32,000 nucleotides of DNA, taken from the NCBI RefSeq assembly GCF_000039765.1, contig NC_004459.3, positions 2,001,127 through 2,033,126 on the forward strand, read 5' to 3'. Positions within the stretch are counted from its first letter, which is position 1. Each line of letters opens with the position of its first letter. Shown here in pieces: positions 1-8,895 of the stretch. Below the pieces are notes generated by a model. It was not told the origin of the DNA, did not search any database, and saw nothing but the letters and a program-made list of their open reading frames with translations. A program made the position numbers and the translations under genes. This stretch comes from Vibrio vulnificus CMCP6 (GTDB lineage Bacteria > Pseudomonadota > Gammaproteobacteria > Enterobacterales > Vibrionaceae).

Positions 1-242
1 ATATGGAAGTGGTCGGCGAATCAGGCGCAGGCTTGGTGAAAGTCACCATCACTGGTAGCCACAGCGTACGTCGTGTCAACATCGATGAAAGCTTGATGGA
101 AGATGACAAAGAGATGCTTGAAGACTTGATCGCAGCAGCATTTAACGATGCAGCACGCCGCGTTGAAGAAACTCAAAAAGAGAAAATGGCAGCAATCACT
201 GGCGGTATGCAACTACCACCAGGCATGAAAATGCCGTTTTAA
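1..242 (+). CDS. ybaB: Nucleoid-associated protein YbaB/EbfC, 5'-truncated by the window edge
   Basis: Translation ...[58 protein letters not shown]...[11 protein letters not shown] aligns with the C-terminal ~80 residues of E. coli YbaB. The frame is open to position 1. Conserved ybaB-recR synteny. Confidence 0.9.
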   Translation, partial: MEVVGESGAGLVKVTITGSHSVRRVNIDESLMEDDKEMLEDLIAAAFNDAARRVEETQKEKMAAITGGMQLPPGMKMPF

Positions 243-257
243 TCGAAAAGGTTAACT

Positions 258-860
258 ATGCGTACCAGCCATATGCTGGAACAATTGATGGAGGCCTTAC
301 GTTGTTTGCCTGGGGTTGGCCCCAAGTCAGCACAGCGTATGGCCTTTCATTTGTTACAGCGAGATAGAAAAGGCGGCCTGCAGCTTGCGGATGCATTAAG
401 TCATGCCATGACGGAAATTGGTCACTGTAACGAGTGCCGTACTTTTACCGAAGAAGACGTTTGTCATATCTGCAACAACCCAAAACGCCAAGAAAACGGA
501 TTATTGTGTGTGGTCGAAAGCCCTGCCGATATCGCTGCGGTGGAAGCCACAGGACAATTCTCTGGTCGTTACTTTGTGTTGATGGGGCACCTATCACCGC
601 TTGATGGTATTGGACCTAGTGATATTGGCCTCGATGTCCTCGATTATCGTCTGCGTCGCGGTGATATCAAAGAAGTGATCTTAGCGACCAACCCTACCGT
701 GGAAGGTGAAGCGACTGCGCACTACATCGCTGAACTTTGTCGAGAGCATAAAGTGGACGCCAGTCGAATTGCTCATGGTGTGCCCGTCGGTGGGGAGCTT
801 GAGCTGGTGGATGGCACTACGCTCTCCCATTCGTTATTGGGCAGACACAAACTCAACTAA
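258..860 (+). CDS. recR: Recombination protein RecR
   Basis: 200 aa. Near-colinear with E. coli RecR: [24 protein letters not shown] helix-hairpin-helix, C4 zinc finger [17 protein letters not shown], Toprim region [16 protein letters not shown]-terminal GVPVGGELE. Confidence 0.95.
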   Translation: MRTSHMLEQLMEALRCLPGVGPKSAQRMAFHLLQRDRKGGLQLADALSHAMTEIGHCNECRTFTEEDVCHICNNPKRQENGLLCVVESPADIAAVEATGQFSGRYFVLMGHLSPLDGIGPSDIGLDVLDYRLRRGDIKEVILATNPTVEGEATAHYIAELCREHKVDASRIAHGVPVGGELELVDGTTLSHSLLGRHKLN

Positions 861-864
861 TACC

Positions 865-893
865 AAAGCGATGCTGTCACAGCATCGCTTTTT
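865..893. terminator. Bidirectional intrinsic terminator between recR (+) and the lipoprotein gene (-)
   Basis: Hairpin aaagcgatgct/gtcac/agcatcgcttt, flanked by an A-run on one side and a T-run on the other, 5 nt after the recR stop. Confidence 0.6.
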
Positions 894-921
894 CATTGCG
901 TCTTTTTCTTTGATGAACGAG

Positions 922-2067
922 TTAAGATTCGGGATCCATGACTAATCGCCAATGTGAGTCGATCACGGGTGATGGCATGTAGTAGAAGTGCTGTTCGCCA
1001 CTGTGTAGGTAGCTGAGATACTCACTCAATATCCTACAAGTGGTCTGCTCGCACGTTGGGTTGATCAACAACGCAACTCCATCTAGATCACTATTTGCAG
1101 GCAGTGAGACACACGAAGATGCTTCCTTGTTTGGGCTGATGCACAGCAAAGCCGCGCGTGTGGTGAGTTTTTCCAAAAGGGTAAAAAGTGCTTGTTCGCC
1201 AAGTGCATTTGGCGTTCTTATTTCCAAGCGTATCTCGCTAACCCCCTTAAGCTGCATAAGCGCATCGTCGAGCTGCTTTGTGAAATCGGCCAGCGAAACA
1301 TCATGCAGCGCATCTATCTCATGCAGCTCACCTATATCATGGAGTGCGTCTTGCTCATGTAGAGCGCCTATCTCAAGCAAGCCGATGCCATTGTCTTGAC
1401 GGCTGTGAACCGCGAGGGCTCTTGTTGGGTTGGCTCTCCATTGCTCTGCCGACGGTGATTGTATGGCGGTTAGCCTTGATCCGCTCAGCTCGGTGAACAT
1501 GGCCTCGACTAATGAACGCCATTGCTCTTCGTTTTGCGCCTGTGCCGCTTTGATCAAATAGGGCTGATAAAGCTTTTGCCACTCATCTTGAATTTGATCG
1601 TAGTGCGGATAGTTTGTCGCTATGCTTTGCCAAAGTTGCTGGTAGTCGTCTTCATAGCCCAATGAGTTTCGTGCTGCAACAACCGGTTGAGGCTCACGCA
1701 GCACAATCTTAACTCGGTCCGTATTGGTGCGATCACCACTGTCTTTAGCGTAAAGTTCAAAGATGTACGTTCCTGCAACGGTCGGGTTGAGCAGTGTGGC
1801 CGTAAAGCTGTCAGCATTTAAAATGGTTAGGCTCTGTGGACCAGAAATTTGTCGCCATTGCTTGGTCTTGATAGAGAACACCAGTTTCGGCCAACTTTTG
1901 GCAGAACCATGCAGGGTAATGGTGTCGATGGGCAACGTATGGTATTGGTCGGAACCTGCGTTGACCGTTGGCTTAGTGTATTTGGTGGCATCACTGGCAT
2001 CATCAACATCGCACCCAGCGAGGAACAGCAGTGTGGCTATTAAGACGATTTTGAGTAAGTTACACAT
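922..2067 (-). CDS. Lipoprotein with a PKD/Ig-like domain; C-terminal part of unknown function
   Basis: Lipobox LFLAGC at the N-terminus. PKD-like pattern VNAGSDQ..LP..TITLHGS...WRQISGP...AGTYIFELYAKDSG...VKIVL. Starts 15 nt downstream of the preceding barrel gene, consistent with an operon. Confidence 0.7.
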   Translation of the reverse strand: MCNLLKIVLIATLLFLAGCDVDDASDATKYTKPTVNAGSDQYHTLPIDTITLHGSAKSWPKLVFSIKTKQWRQISGPQSLTILNADSFTATLLNPTVAGTYIFELYAKDSGDRTNTDRVKIVLREPQPVVAARNSLGYEDDYQQLWQSIATNYPHYDQIQDEWQKLYQPYLIKAAQAQNEEQWRSLVEAMFTELSGSRLTAIQSPSAEQWRANPTRALAVHSRQDNGIGLLEIGALHEQDALHDIGELHEIDALHDVSLADFTKQLDDALMQLKGVSEIRLEIRTPNALGEQALFTLLEKLTTRAALLCISPNKEASSCVSLPANSDLDGVALLINPTCEQTTCRILSEYLSYLHSGEQHFYYMPSPVIDSHWRLVMDPES

Positions 2068-2082
2068 CTTAAGTCCTCCGGA

Positions 2083-3084
2083 TCAGAAACTGTAGCTAAT
2101 GCCAGTGGAGAGAAAGGCCTCTTCACTGTCGTAAAAATCGATATCAGAATCCGACTCTTGATAACCCGCCATGACGTTCAGTTGGGTATTTCGCCAGCCC
2201 CAAAGATCGGCATAGCTGTAGACGGAGAAAAAGCCAAAGCTCTCGTAATCTTGCTTGCGAGAAAAAACGGGGTTGTCTGCATCAAAACTGGCAGAGCTAT
2301 TTCTCAGCGTTGTGATAACACTGTGTCTGCCTTGGGCGACAAGAAACGACATCTGTGCGGTCAATAATTGATTGCTTTTGGCATCGCCATCGGCGTCGCG
2401 CAGCGTGTAGTAAAACGCAGGGGACAGTACAAACGATTGGCTCAAAGGAAAGGAGATCTCTGCGCCAAAGCGTTGATAGTCGCTGGCACGCTTTAATTGT
2501 GAACGAGCTTCAGTAGTTAACCCTTGTGAGAGGCCGATGTCGTCGTATTCAACTTCGCTGCTGGCGACAGCGTATTTCAAACTGATTGGCAAAGGGCTGG
2601 TGATGTCCATAGCGAATCTTACGCCACCGACCGTTTGCTCCGTTGTTTGCCTTTTTTGACCAGTGAGATAAGGGTCACGCCAGACTTCTTCCATGCTAGG
2701 GACATTCCCAAAGAGTGCGGTAGTGAGGATCATGGCGTTGTTGAACCGATGTGCAACGCCCAGTTCAGCTTGAAATTGCGCTTCTGCTATCTGTTCTTCA
2801 CTATTGCCAAGAAAGACTAACGTGTCGCCAAAGCTGTATTGCAATCGGCCAAGAAAAAATGGAGACGCTTGTGATAGCTTTTTGCCTTGGTTGGTGAGAT
2901 CGGCGGTGATTTCATTATCTTCATGAGTGTTGTTTTGTGATTGGCTTTGGCCAAATCCAATATTAATACTGATGGTGCCGCTGAATCCGGGATCAAACGG
3001 GTCCGGCTCTGCCAAGCTATATGAAGAGGCGAGTGCAGCAATCGCACTAAGTAGTATTGCCGCGCGTGTTGGGGAAACTTGCAT
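2083..3084 (-). CDS. Putative outer-membrane beta-barrel protein
   Basis: I take the internal ATG at 3084 (MQVSPTRAAILLSAIAALASSYSLA, signal-peptide-like) because AAGGA lies 7 nt upstream. Alternating hydrophobic pattern and a C-terminal ...GISYSF aromatic terminus typical of OM barrels. The track ORF extends to 3117. Confidence 0.6.
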   Translation of the reverse strand: MQVSPTRAAILLSAIAALASSYSLAEPDPFDPGFSGTISINIGFGQSQSQNNTHEDNEITADLTNQGKKLSQASPFFLGRLQYSFGDTLVFLGNSEEQIAEAQFQAELGVAHRFNNAMILTTALFGNVPSMEEVWRDPYLTGQKRQTTEQTVGGVRFAMDITSPLPISLKYAVASSEVEYDDIGLSQGLTTEARSQLKRASDYQRFGAEISFPLSQSFVLSPAFYYTLRDADGDAKSNQLLTAQMSFLVAQGRHSVITTLRNSSASFDADNPVFSRKQDYESFGFFSVYSYADLWGWRNTQLNVMAGYQESDSDIDFYDSEEAFLSTGISYSF

Positions 3085-3183
3085 GCTAATTCCTTGTGAA
3101 TGACGTTTGAAAGCCATTCCAAATTAGCATTCACCACATCGATAAATCGTTGGTGTTTTATGGACGAATTGTGTCCATTTTGG

Positions 3184-4791
3184 TCACAATTCCGACTCGG
3201 CAGTATTCGGATGCAGCTCAGGCCACTGCAGTTCAAACGCAGCACCACCCAAAGTCGATGACACCACTTTCGCGTTGCCTTTGTGCCAAAGCATGATTTG
3301 TTTAACGATCGCCAATCCTAACCCATGTCCTTTTTCGCTACTGCGTGCTTGGTTATCAAGCTGAGTGAAAGGTTCAAAAATGCGTTCTGCGTGTTCATTG
3401 GGCACACCTTGGCCATCGTCTTCCACCGTAATGTGAAATGCGCTGCCACTGTATTTAAACGAGACAATAATGGTACTTTGAGCAAATCGGCTTGCATTGG
3501 TAAGAAGGTTTTTCACCGCGCGCATCAATCCTTTGTTGTCGATGAACATGCGGTGCTGTTTTAACTCTGGCGAGCAGTAAAACTGGATATCGAGATCGGG
3601 ATGCTGAAGTTTGAAATCATCGATTTCATTGAGCAACTCCCTAGCAAAGCAACATGGTGAAAAATGGGTGATATCGGCAATCCGATTGTAGCGAGAGAGC
3701 AGTAAATTCTGATTGATGAGATGGTCGAGATCATCAATGCTTGTGTGCAGTGCGCGTTGATATTTCTCTTTTTGCGCGTCGCTGGTGTGAGGATCTTCCA
3801 GCATCTCAATCGCAAAGCGCAGCCGATACAATGGCGTACGTAAATCGTGTGCGACGGCGTTGGTCAGTTCACGCTGCCGAGCAATGAGACTCTCGATATT
3901 GTCGGCCATGTTGTTGAAGGAGTCACTGAGTTGAGAAACCACCGAGAGCTTGGAAGCTCGCGCCCGTTGTGACAGTTTGCCTTGGCCAAATTCGGTGGCG
4001 GTTGCCACCAGTCGAGTTAAGTCACGCCAAAGTGGATAAACCCACAAAATCAAAGCAAGCGAAATCAGTAGGAAGAACATCAGCGCGATGGTGGTGCTCA
4101 ACTTGAGTTGTACGGCTTGCGATAAGTTATCTTGGACGTGTAACCACAAGCCATCATCGATGGGGGCAAGCAGCTCGACGCGTCCCTCATCATTGATATA
4201 ACTAACAATCTCGTCGGGGGAGTTCAACAAAGCGAGCTTGGCAGTCTCGCTAAGTTGCGTTTCGTTGGTCAAACTAATGTGGACAGGGAGTTTGGCGTTG
4301 GTTTGTGCTAGCGTGTTTTTCCACTCACTTTTAGGCAGTTGACGCAGATCTTCAATCGCTAATGAGAGTGTACCCTTGGCCTGATTGAGCACTGCATGCT
4401 CGGTGGATTCGTTAAGAGCGATATACAGCACTTGGTCACTGTCACCAACTCGTTGTAAGAGCGCCATTGGGTCGGCATAAAGAAACGTTACTTGGCCTTG
4501 TTGTAGTGAAGCATAGATGGCTTTGTCGGCTTGGTAATCTGCCAACGTTTGGAGCTTCACAGGATAGGCAAAGCTTTTGGCATAGTGGTCGATCGTTTGT
4601 TGCCACTGAGTCGTGGGTTGCTGCAAGAGTTTGTTGGACAACACCTCAAAGTTCACCCGATAGATCGGCTTATAGAAATCTTCGGAAAACTGCTCGTTGA
4701 GTTTTAAAACCGGGTTTACACCACTGGGGATGATCAACAAAGTAGTCGGTACAAACACCGCCAACCATAAGATGGCAAATGCGCGAATCAT
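3184..4791 (-). CDS. Two-component sensor histidine kinase (periplasmic sensor, HAMP, HisKA, HATPase_c)
   Basis: H-box VAHDLRTPL, N-box LLTNASRFA, G-boxes DDGQGVP and GHGLGLAIV, two TM segments. Start chosen at MIRAFAILW (4791), giving an ATGA start/stop overlap with the upstream response regulator. Confidence 0.85.
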   Translation of the reverse strand: MIRAFAILWLAVFVPTTLLIIPSGVNPVLKLNEQFSEDFYKPIYRVNFEVLSNKLLQQPTTQWQQTIDHYAKSFAYPVKLQTLADYQADKAIYASLQQGQVTFLYADPMALLQRVGDSDQVLYIALNESTEHAVLNQAKGTLSLAIEDLRQLPKSEWKNTLAQTNAKLPVHISLTNETQLSETAKLALLNSPDEIVSYINDEGRVELLAPIDDGLWLHVQDNLSQAVQLKLSTTIALMFFLLISLALILWVYPLWRDLTRLVATATEFGQGKLSQRARASKLSVVSQLSDSFNNMADNIESLIARQRELTNAVAHDLRTPLYRLRFAIEMLEDPHTSDAQKEKYQRALHTSIDDLDHLINQNLLLSRYNRIADITHFSPCCFARELLNEIDDFKLQHPDLDIQFYCSPELKQHRMFIDNKGLMRAVKNLLTNASRFAQSTIIVSFKYSGSAFHITVEDDGQGVPNEHAERIFEPFTQLDNQARSSEKGHGLGLAIVKQIMLWHKGNAKVVSSTLGGAAFELQWPELHPNTAESEL

Positions 4792-5507
4792 AATGAAACC
4801 TCCCAAGAAGAGGCACACAGCTGATAACCAACGCCGCGAATGGTCTTAATTAAGGTTGGTTCGTTGGGGTCATCATTGAGGGTGCGGCGCAGGCGAGAAA
4901 TTCTTCGGTCGATGGAGCGATCTAATCCGTCATATTCAAAGCCGCGAATGTGCTGTGCGATGTCATCGCGTGATACCACTTGGCCAACGTGTCTGGCCAA
5001 GAGCAGCAGCAGTTCAAACTCAGAGGTGGTCAGTTTGAGCGCTTGCTGATGCAATGTGACACTGCGGTGTTGCAAATTAATCACCAAAGGGCCGAGCTGT
5101 AAGTCATCTTTGTTGCTTTCTGCCGTTAAACGTTCGTGTCTGCGCAGCAACGCGCGAATGCGCGACAGCAGTAATCTTGGTTTTACTTGCTTCACGATGT
5201 AGTCATCTGCACCCAGTTCTAATCCCATGACTTGGTCAATGTCGTCATCTAGGGCCGTTTGCATCAAAATCATGCCATGGTACTTACTGCGTATCGCTTT
5301 ACACACTTCCATGCCGCTTTGCCCAGGCAACATAACATCGAGAATCACCAAATCAGGTTGGTTTGACAAGATTGCATCGACGGCATGAAAGCCATCCGAG
5401 ACGATATCAATCTGAAATTCATAGTTTTGTAGAAAATCTTTGATCAACTCAGCGAGTTCCAAGTCGTCTTCGACAAGAATAATCCGATATGAGGCTGGTG
5501 AGGTCAT
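4788..5507 (-). CDS. OmpR/PhoB-family response regulator
   Basis: Receiver domain RIILVEDDLELAELI...DLVILDVMLPGQSG. Winged-helix C-terminus ...LIKTIRGVGYQL. True start MTSPASYRIILVEDD at 5507; the track ORF up to 5858 is an in-frame upstream extension that overlaps aqpZ. Confidence 0.9.
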   Translation of the reverse strand: MTSPASYRIILVEDDLELAELIKDFLQNYEFQIDIVSDGFHAVDAILSNQPDLVILDVMLPGQSGMEVCKAIRSKYHGMILMQTALDDDIDQVMGLELGADDYIVKQVKPRLLLSRIRALLRRHERLTAESNKDDLQLGPLVINLQHRSVTLHQQALKLTTSEFELLLLLARHVGQVVSRDDIAQHIRGFEYDGLDRSIDRRISRLRRTLNDDPNEPTLIKTIRGVGYQLCASSWEVSL

Positions 5508-5564
5508 AGTGTTGCGTGGCAGAGAGTCAATAATAAAACTATAACCCAGTTCAATGAATCGCTC

Positions 5565-5599
5565 TGTGACCATTTGTGACCAAGTCACAAAGTTGTGAT
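5565..5599. promoter_or_regulatory. Phased TGTGA(C/T) repeats upstream of the response-regulator operon (candidate RR binding site)
   Basis: TGTGACCA at 5565 and again at 5575 (perfect 8-mer, 10-bp phasing), inverted TCACA at 5585, TGTGAT at 5595. They lie 58-93 nt upstream of the RR start codon. Confidence 0.35.
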
Positions 5600-5626
5600 G
5601 TGTTTTATAAAATATTAAGAAGCAAT

Positions 5627-5656
5627 AGAAAAAGAGCCGCTCGAATCGGCGGCTCG
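5627..5656 (-). terminator. Intrinsic terminator of aqpZ
   Basis: GAGCCGC/8-nt loop/GCGGCTC hairpin followed on the minus strand by a T5 run, just after the aqpZ stop at 5663. Confidence 0.55.
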
Positions 5657-5662
5657 CTGTGA

Positions 5663-6358
5663 TTAGTCTTTGTTCGACCCTGAAATCAACTTGTAGGCCA
5701 CCGCCCCTAGTAGTGCGCCTAAAATCGGCGCAACCCAGAATAGCCAAAGTTGCGCGGTGGCCCAATCGCCAACATAGAGAGCAACGCCGGTACTTCGAGC
5801 AGGGTTGACCGATGTATTGGTCACTGGAATGCTGATGAGGTGGATAAGTGTGAGGCACAGACCGATAGCGATGGGCGCAAAACCTTGAGGTGCACGCTGA
5901 TCTGTTGCGCCAAGAATCACCAGCAAAAACATCATGGTCATCACGACTTCGGTCACCAGCGCAGAAGTCAGCGAATAGCCACCGGGAGAATGCTCACCAT
6001 AACCGTTAGAGGCAAAACCCGAGCTCGTCGCATCGAAGCCCATTTGACCAGAGGCGATGGTATAAAGCACACCACCGGCAATGACGCCACCAATCACTTG
6101 AGCAAGGATATAAGGCACAATTTCTTTGGCTTCAAATCGACCACCGGCCCATAAGCCAATGGTGACGGCAGGGTTCAAGTGGCAGCCGGAAATATGGCCG
6201 ATAGCAAAAGCCATGGTGAGCACCGTCAAACCGAACGCGAGGGATACGCCTAGCAGGCCAATCCCAACGTCCGGAAAGGCGGCCGCCAACACGGCACTGC
6301 CACATCCACCAAGCACCAGCCAAAAGGTGCCAAATAATTCCGCCAGATATTTATTCAT
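5663..6358 (-). CDS. aqpZ: Aquaporin Z
   Basis: [26 protein letters not shown]... with both NPA boxes ([14 protein letters not shown]). Start moved to the ATG at 6358 (MNKY...), matching the canonical AqpZ N-terminus. Confidence 0.9.
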
Positions 6359-6580
6359 ACAATGTCCTATTGAGAGGGGGAGTATTGGAATAAAAATAGC
6401 CGACAATCAGCACCTTGCTAGAAAGTGTCGTGATATTGTGTCGCGAAATTCTCCTTGGGGCTGTGTTTTCTTAGAGCTAAGAAATGTTTCACCATTTTGA
6501 GAGGAGATTGCTCAGCTCATCTATCGAAAAGGCGTGCAGGTAGAGGAAAGAAAAAGCGTTCAACCAAGCAGATAAGGAGA

Positions 6581-6829
6581 TTAAGTAAGCTGCTCTAACT
6601 CGGTAATATTGTCGAGTGCTTGTTGATTGGTTGTGCCGCAAACCACAGGGCACGGTTTGAATTCATGGCAAACTTTTGGGCGCTCCGGCTGACCAAACAG
6701 TTTACAAAGATTGTGTTCGTTGAGTTGAATGCAGCGTACACCAGCAGGTTTACCATTTGGCATTCCTGGAATGGCGGAAGAGATACTTGGGGCGATGCAG
6801 CAAGCGCCACAACCGAGTCTGCAATCCAT
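6581..6829 (-). CDS. YkgJ-family cysteine-cluster (CxxCxxCC) protein
   Basis: 82 aa with CRLGCGACC near the N-terminus and further Cys pairs (CKLF...CHEFKPCPVVC). Confidence 0.7.
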   Translation of the reverse strand: MDCRLGCGACCIAPSISSAIPGMPNGKPAGVRCIQLNEHNLCKLFGQPERPKVCHEFKPCPVVCGTTNQQALDNITELEQLT

Positions 6830-6969
6830 CTTAGTTACCTGTCAAAAATCAAGGGGCGCGATAGTAGCAGAAATTTACGATGAACTGAATGGACAATTTT
6901 TGCCCTTGCACTTTGAGGCCCGCAGGAGTATAAAACGGCTCCCGTCAGTAGAAAGTAAGAAGAAGTCCT

Positions 6970-7407
6970 ATGAGCACACCATTTTGGCAATCAAAAACTT
7001 TGCAAGAGATGACAGAGCAAGAGTGGGAGTCACTTTGCGATGGTTGCGGAAAATGCTGTTTGCACAAATTAATGGACGAAGAGACTGATGAAGTCTTTTA
7101 CACCAATGTGGCTTGTAGCTGGCTAAACAGTAAAACCTGTTCATGCAAAGATTATCCAAATCGTTTTTCTTCAGGTGAAAACTGCCTAAAGCTGACTCAG
7201 GATAAAATCGCAGAGTTCCATTGGCTACCGCGCACCTGTGCTTATCGCCGACTTTCAGAAAACCAACCTTTGCCGGAGTGGCATCCTCTTATTACCGGTT
7301 GTAAGTCAGCCATGCATGCAGCAGGGCAGAGCATTCGTAACCGAGTGGTTTACGAAATTGATGTGAAAGATTGGGAAGACCACGTCATTGAGAATCCAGA
7401 TTACTAA
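6970..7407 (+). CDS. ycgN: YcgN (UPF0260) cysteine-cluster protein
   Basis: [34 protein letters not shown]...[21 protein letters not shown] matches the E. coli YcgN pattern and length (~145 aa). Confidence 0.8.
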
Positions 7408-7429
7408 GTACTGGCTAAGAGGCAGAGAC

Positions 7430-7455
7430 AAAAAGGCACGAGAACGTGCCTTTTT
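7430..7455. terminator. Bidirectional intrinsic terminator (ycgN / ABM gene)
   Basis: aaaaaggcacg/agaa/cgtgccttttt: perfect hairpin with A and T tracts, between convergent genes. Confidence 0.6.
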
Positions 7456-7482
7456 GCTTATTGAGTCGTGCGCGCACTCGCT

Positions 7483-7776
7483 TTATGCAACTTCCGCACT
7501 TTCGAAGAAAGTAATCTCAGGCTCTTGTGCCAACAAGCCATCAAGCTTTGCTATCAAGGCATGAAAATATGGCTGGTCGCAGTGGAAATCGAAAGCGGCT
7601 TGATCAGCAAATAATTCTTGGAAAAGGAATTTAGTGGCATCGTTTTTGTCTTTTAAAAGTACATAACGCAGGCAGCCTTGTTCATTTCTGGTGGGCTCGA
7701 GCATAGCCGTTAATACTGAATGCAGTTGGGTCTCTTTGCCTGCTTGGGCAACAAAAGCCGCGGTAACATGAATCAT
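7483..7776 (-). CDS. ABM-domain (antibiotic biosynthesis monooxygenase / YgiN-like quinol monooxygenase) protein
   Basis: 97 aa, ferredoxin-like ABM pattern: ...EQGCLRYVLLKD...FLFQELFADQAAFDFHCDQPYF... Confidence 0.7.
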   Translation of the reverse strand: MIHVTAAFVAQAGKETQLHSVLTAMLEPTRNEQGCLRYVLLKDKNDATKFLFQELFADQAAFDFHCDQPYFHALIAKLDGLLAQEPEITFFESAEVA

Positions 7777-7952
7777 TGTGTTTGGTCCTCTTTGTTATGG
7801 GCCAACTCAAACTTCGTGTGTTGATGTTGGCGTAAAAGGCTGAATTTAGGGAACAGGAGACCAGGTCATTGCTAACAATGACGGCCCCTTAATGAGTTTT
7901 TTAAATAATGTCTAACCCTAAACTCAAGCCGAAAATCGTATTCGAGTGATGC

Positions 7953-8348
7953 TTATTGGTAGCGGCCTTGGCGCTGCAAAAACTCGATTTTGTATCCGTC
8001 TGGGTCGGTGATAAAGAAGAAGGTCGCAAGGTGTTTTTGGTTGTGATCCATCGCTTTCACATCACTGGGTGCTATCCCTAAATCGCGTAGGCGTTTATGA
8101 GCGAGTTCGATGTCTTCGACGCACACTGCAAGGTGGCCGTAGCCTGTCCCATGTGTGTAGGGATCACTCATGCCGTGATTGTAAGTCAACTCAAGCTCGA
8201 AGCCGGTGGTTTTGTTGGCGAGGTAAGTCAGAGTGAAAGTATCGAAAACAAATTGGTCTTTGATTTCGAGTTCTAGTGCATCACGGTAGAAAGCGATCGA
8301 TCTGTCGAGATCGCTGACACGGATCATGCTGTGAATCATTTTGGTCAT
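7953..8348 (-). CDS. VOC-family protein, lactoylglutathione lyase (glyoxalase I)-like
   Basis: HSMIRVSDLDRSIAFY...ELELTYNHG...GYGHLAV...ITDPDGYKIEF parallels E. coli GloA (HTMLRVGDLQRSIDFY...IELTYNWG...AYGHIAL...VEDPDGYKIEL). Confidence 0.75.
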   Translation of the reverse strand: MTKMIHSMIRVSDLDRSIAFYRDALELEIKDQFVFDTFTLTYLANKTTGFELELTYNHGMSDPYTHGTGYGHLAVCVEDIELAHKRLRDLGIAPSDVKAMDHNQKHLATFFFITDPDGYKIEFLQRQGRYQ

Positions 8349-8419
8349 GGTGGTTCCTCATTGCGAGGCGACAGAATAATGTTGAGAAACCAACCTTTGG
8401 TAGTACGTGAGTATTACAT

Positions 8420-8845
8420 TTAAATTTGTCTATTTACGAGCTCTTGGCGCGCCACTTCGATGACGTTAGTGGGTTGGCGAGCATACATCAAGCAGGCGCA
8501 ACGCAGTAGCGAGGCAAAGTTTGAGACTTCACCATTGTGCTCAAGTGCTTCGCGATAGACGGTACTGATGAACTTCGGCACGGTTAGCTGCTGAGCGTCA
8601 GCAATCTCTTGTAAAATATCCCAGTAACTGGCTTCCAGTTTGACGCTGGTGGCGTGTCCGTCTATTCGGATCGAGCGTGTAATGGTTTGGTAATTTTCTT
8701 TGGGCTGCTTAGCAAAAATTTCACACATAGCGGGAAGGGCACCGTTAGGGTTGAAAAGCGTTACATACTGGCGACTAATTGGTATTCCGTCAACCTCTGG
8801 AAAAATCGCTTTATTAGCGCGCAAAACAAAATAAGAAAGCGCCAT
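8420..8845 (-). CDS. Ribbon-helix-helix domain protein (RHH_4-like)
   Basis: Region ITRSIRIDGHATSVKLEASYWDILQEIADAQQLTVPKFISTV resembles the RHH family annotated next to sulfur/arylsulfatase genes. Assignment from memory only. Confidence 0.5.
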   Translation of the reverse strand: MALSYFVLRANKAIFPEVDGIPISRQYVTLFNPNGALPAMCEIFAKQPKENYQTITRSIRIDGHATSVKLEASYWDILQEIADAQQLTVPKFISTVYREALEHNGEVSNFASLLRCACLMYARQPTNVIEVARQELVNRQI

Positions 8846-8895
8846 CTGGCACTTTCTTATTTGAATCTAAGGCTTTACCTGCTCATCAACCGAGC

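Noticed and set aside
5573-5591. CRP-like palindrome TTTGTGAC-CAA-GTCACAAA
   Set aside because: The TGTGA and TCACA half-sites are separated by 5 nt, not the 6 nt of the CRP consensus. The 10-bp phased direct repeats suggest a response-regulator site instead.
4788-5858. 356-aa track ORF that would give the response regulator a 117-residue N-terminal extension
   Set aside because: The extension overlaps the 3' end of aqpZ and its terminator, is Cys/Arg-rich nonsense, and the canonical receiver domain begins at the internal ATG at 5507.
6581-7407. Divergent YkgJ-like and YcgN genes as a possible novel paired system
   Set aside because: Both are widespread conserved cysteine-cluster housekeeping proteins in a core-genome context, and nothing in the sequence suggests more than ordinary synteny.
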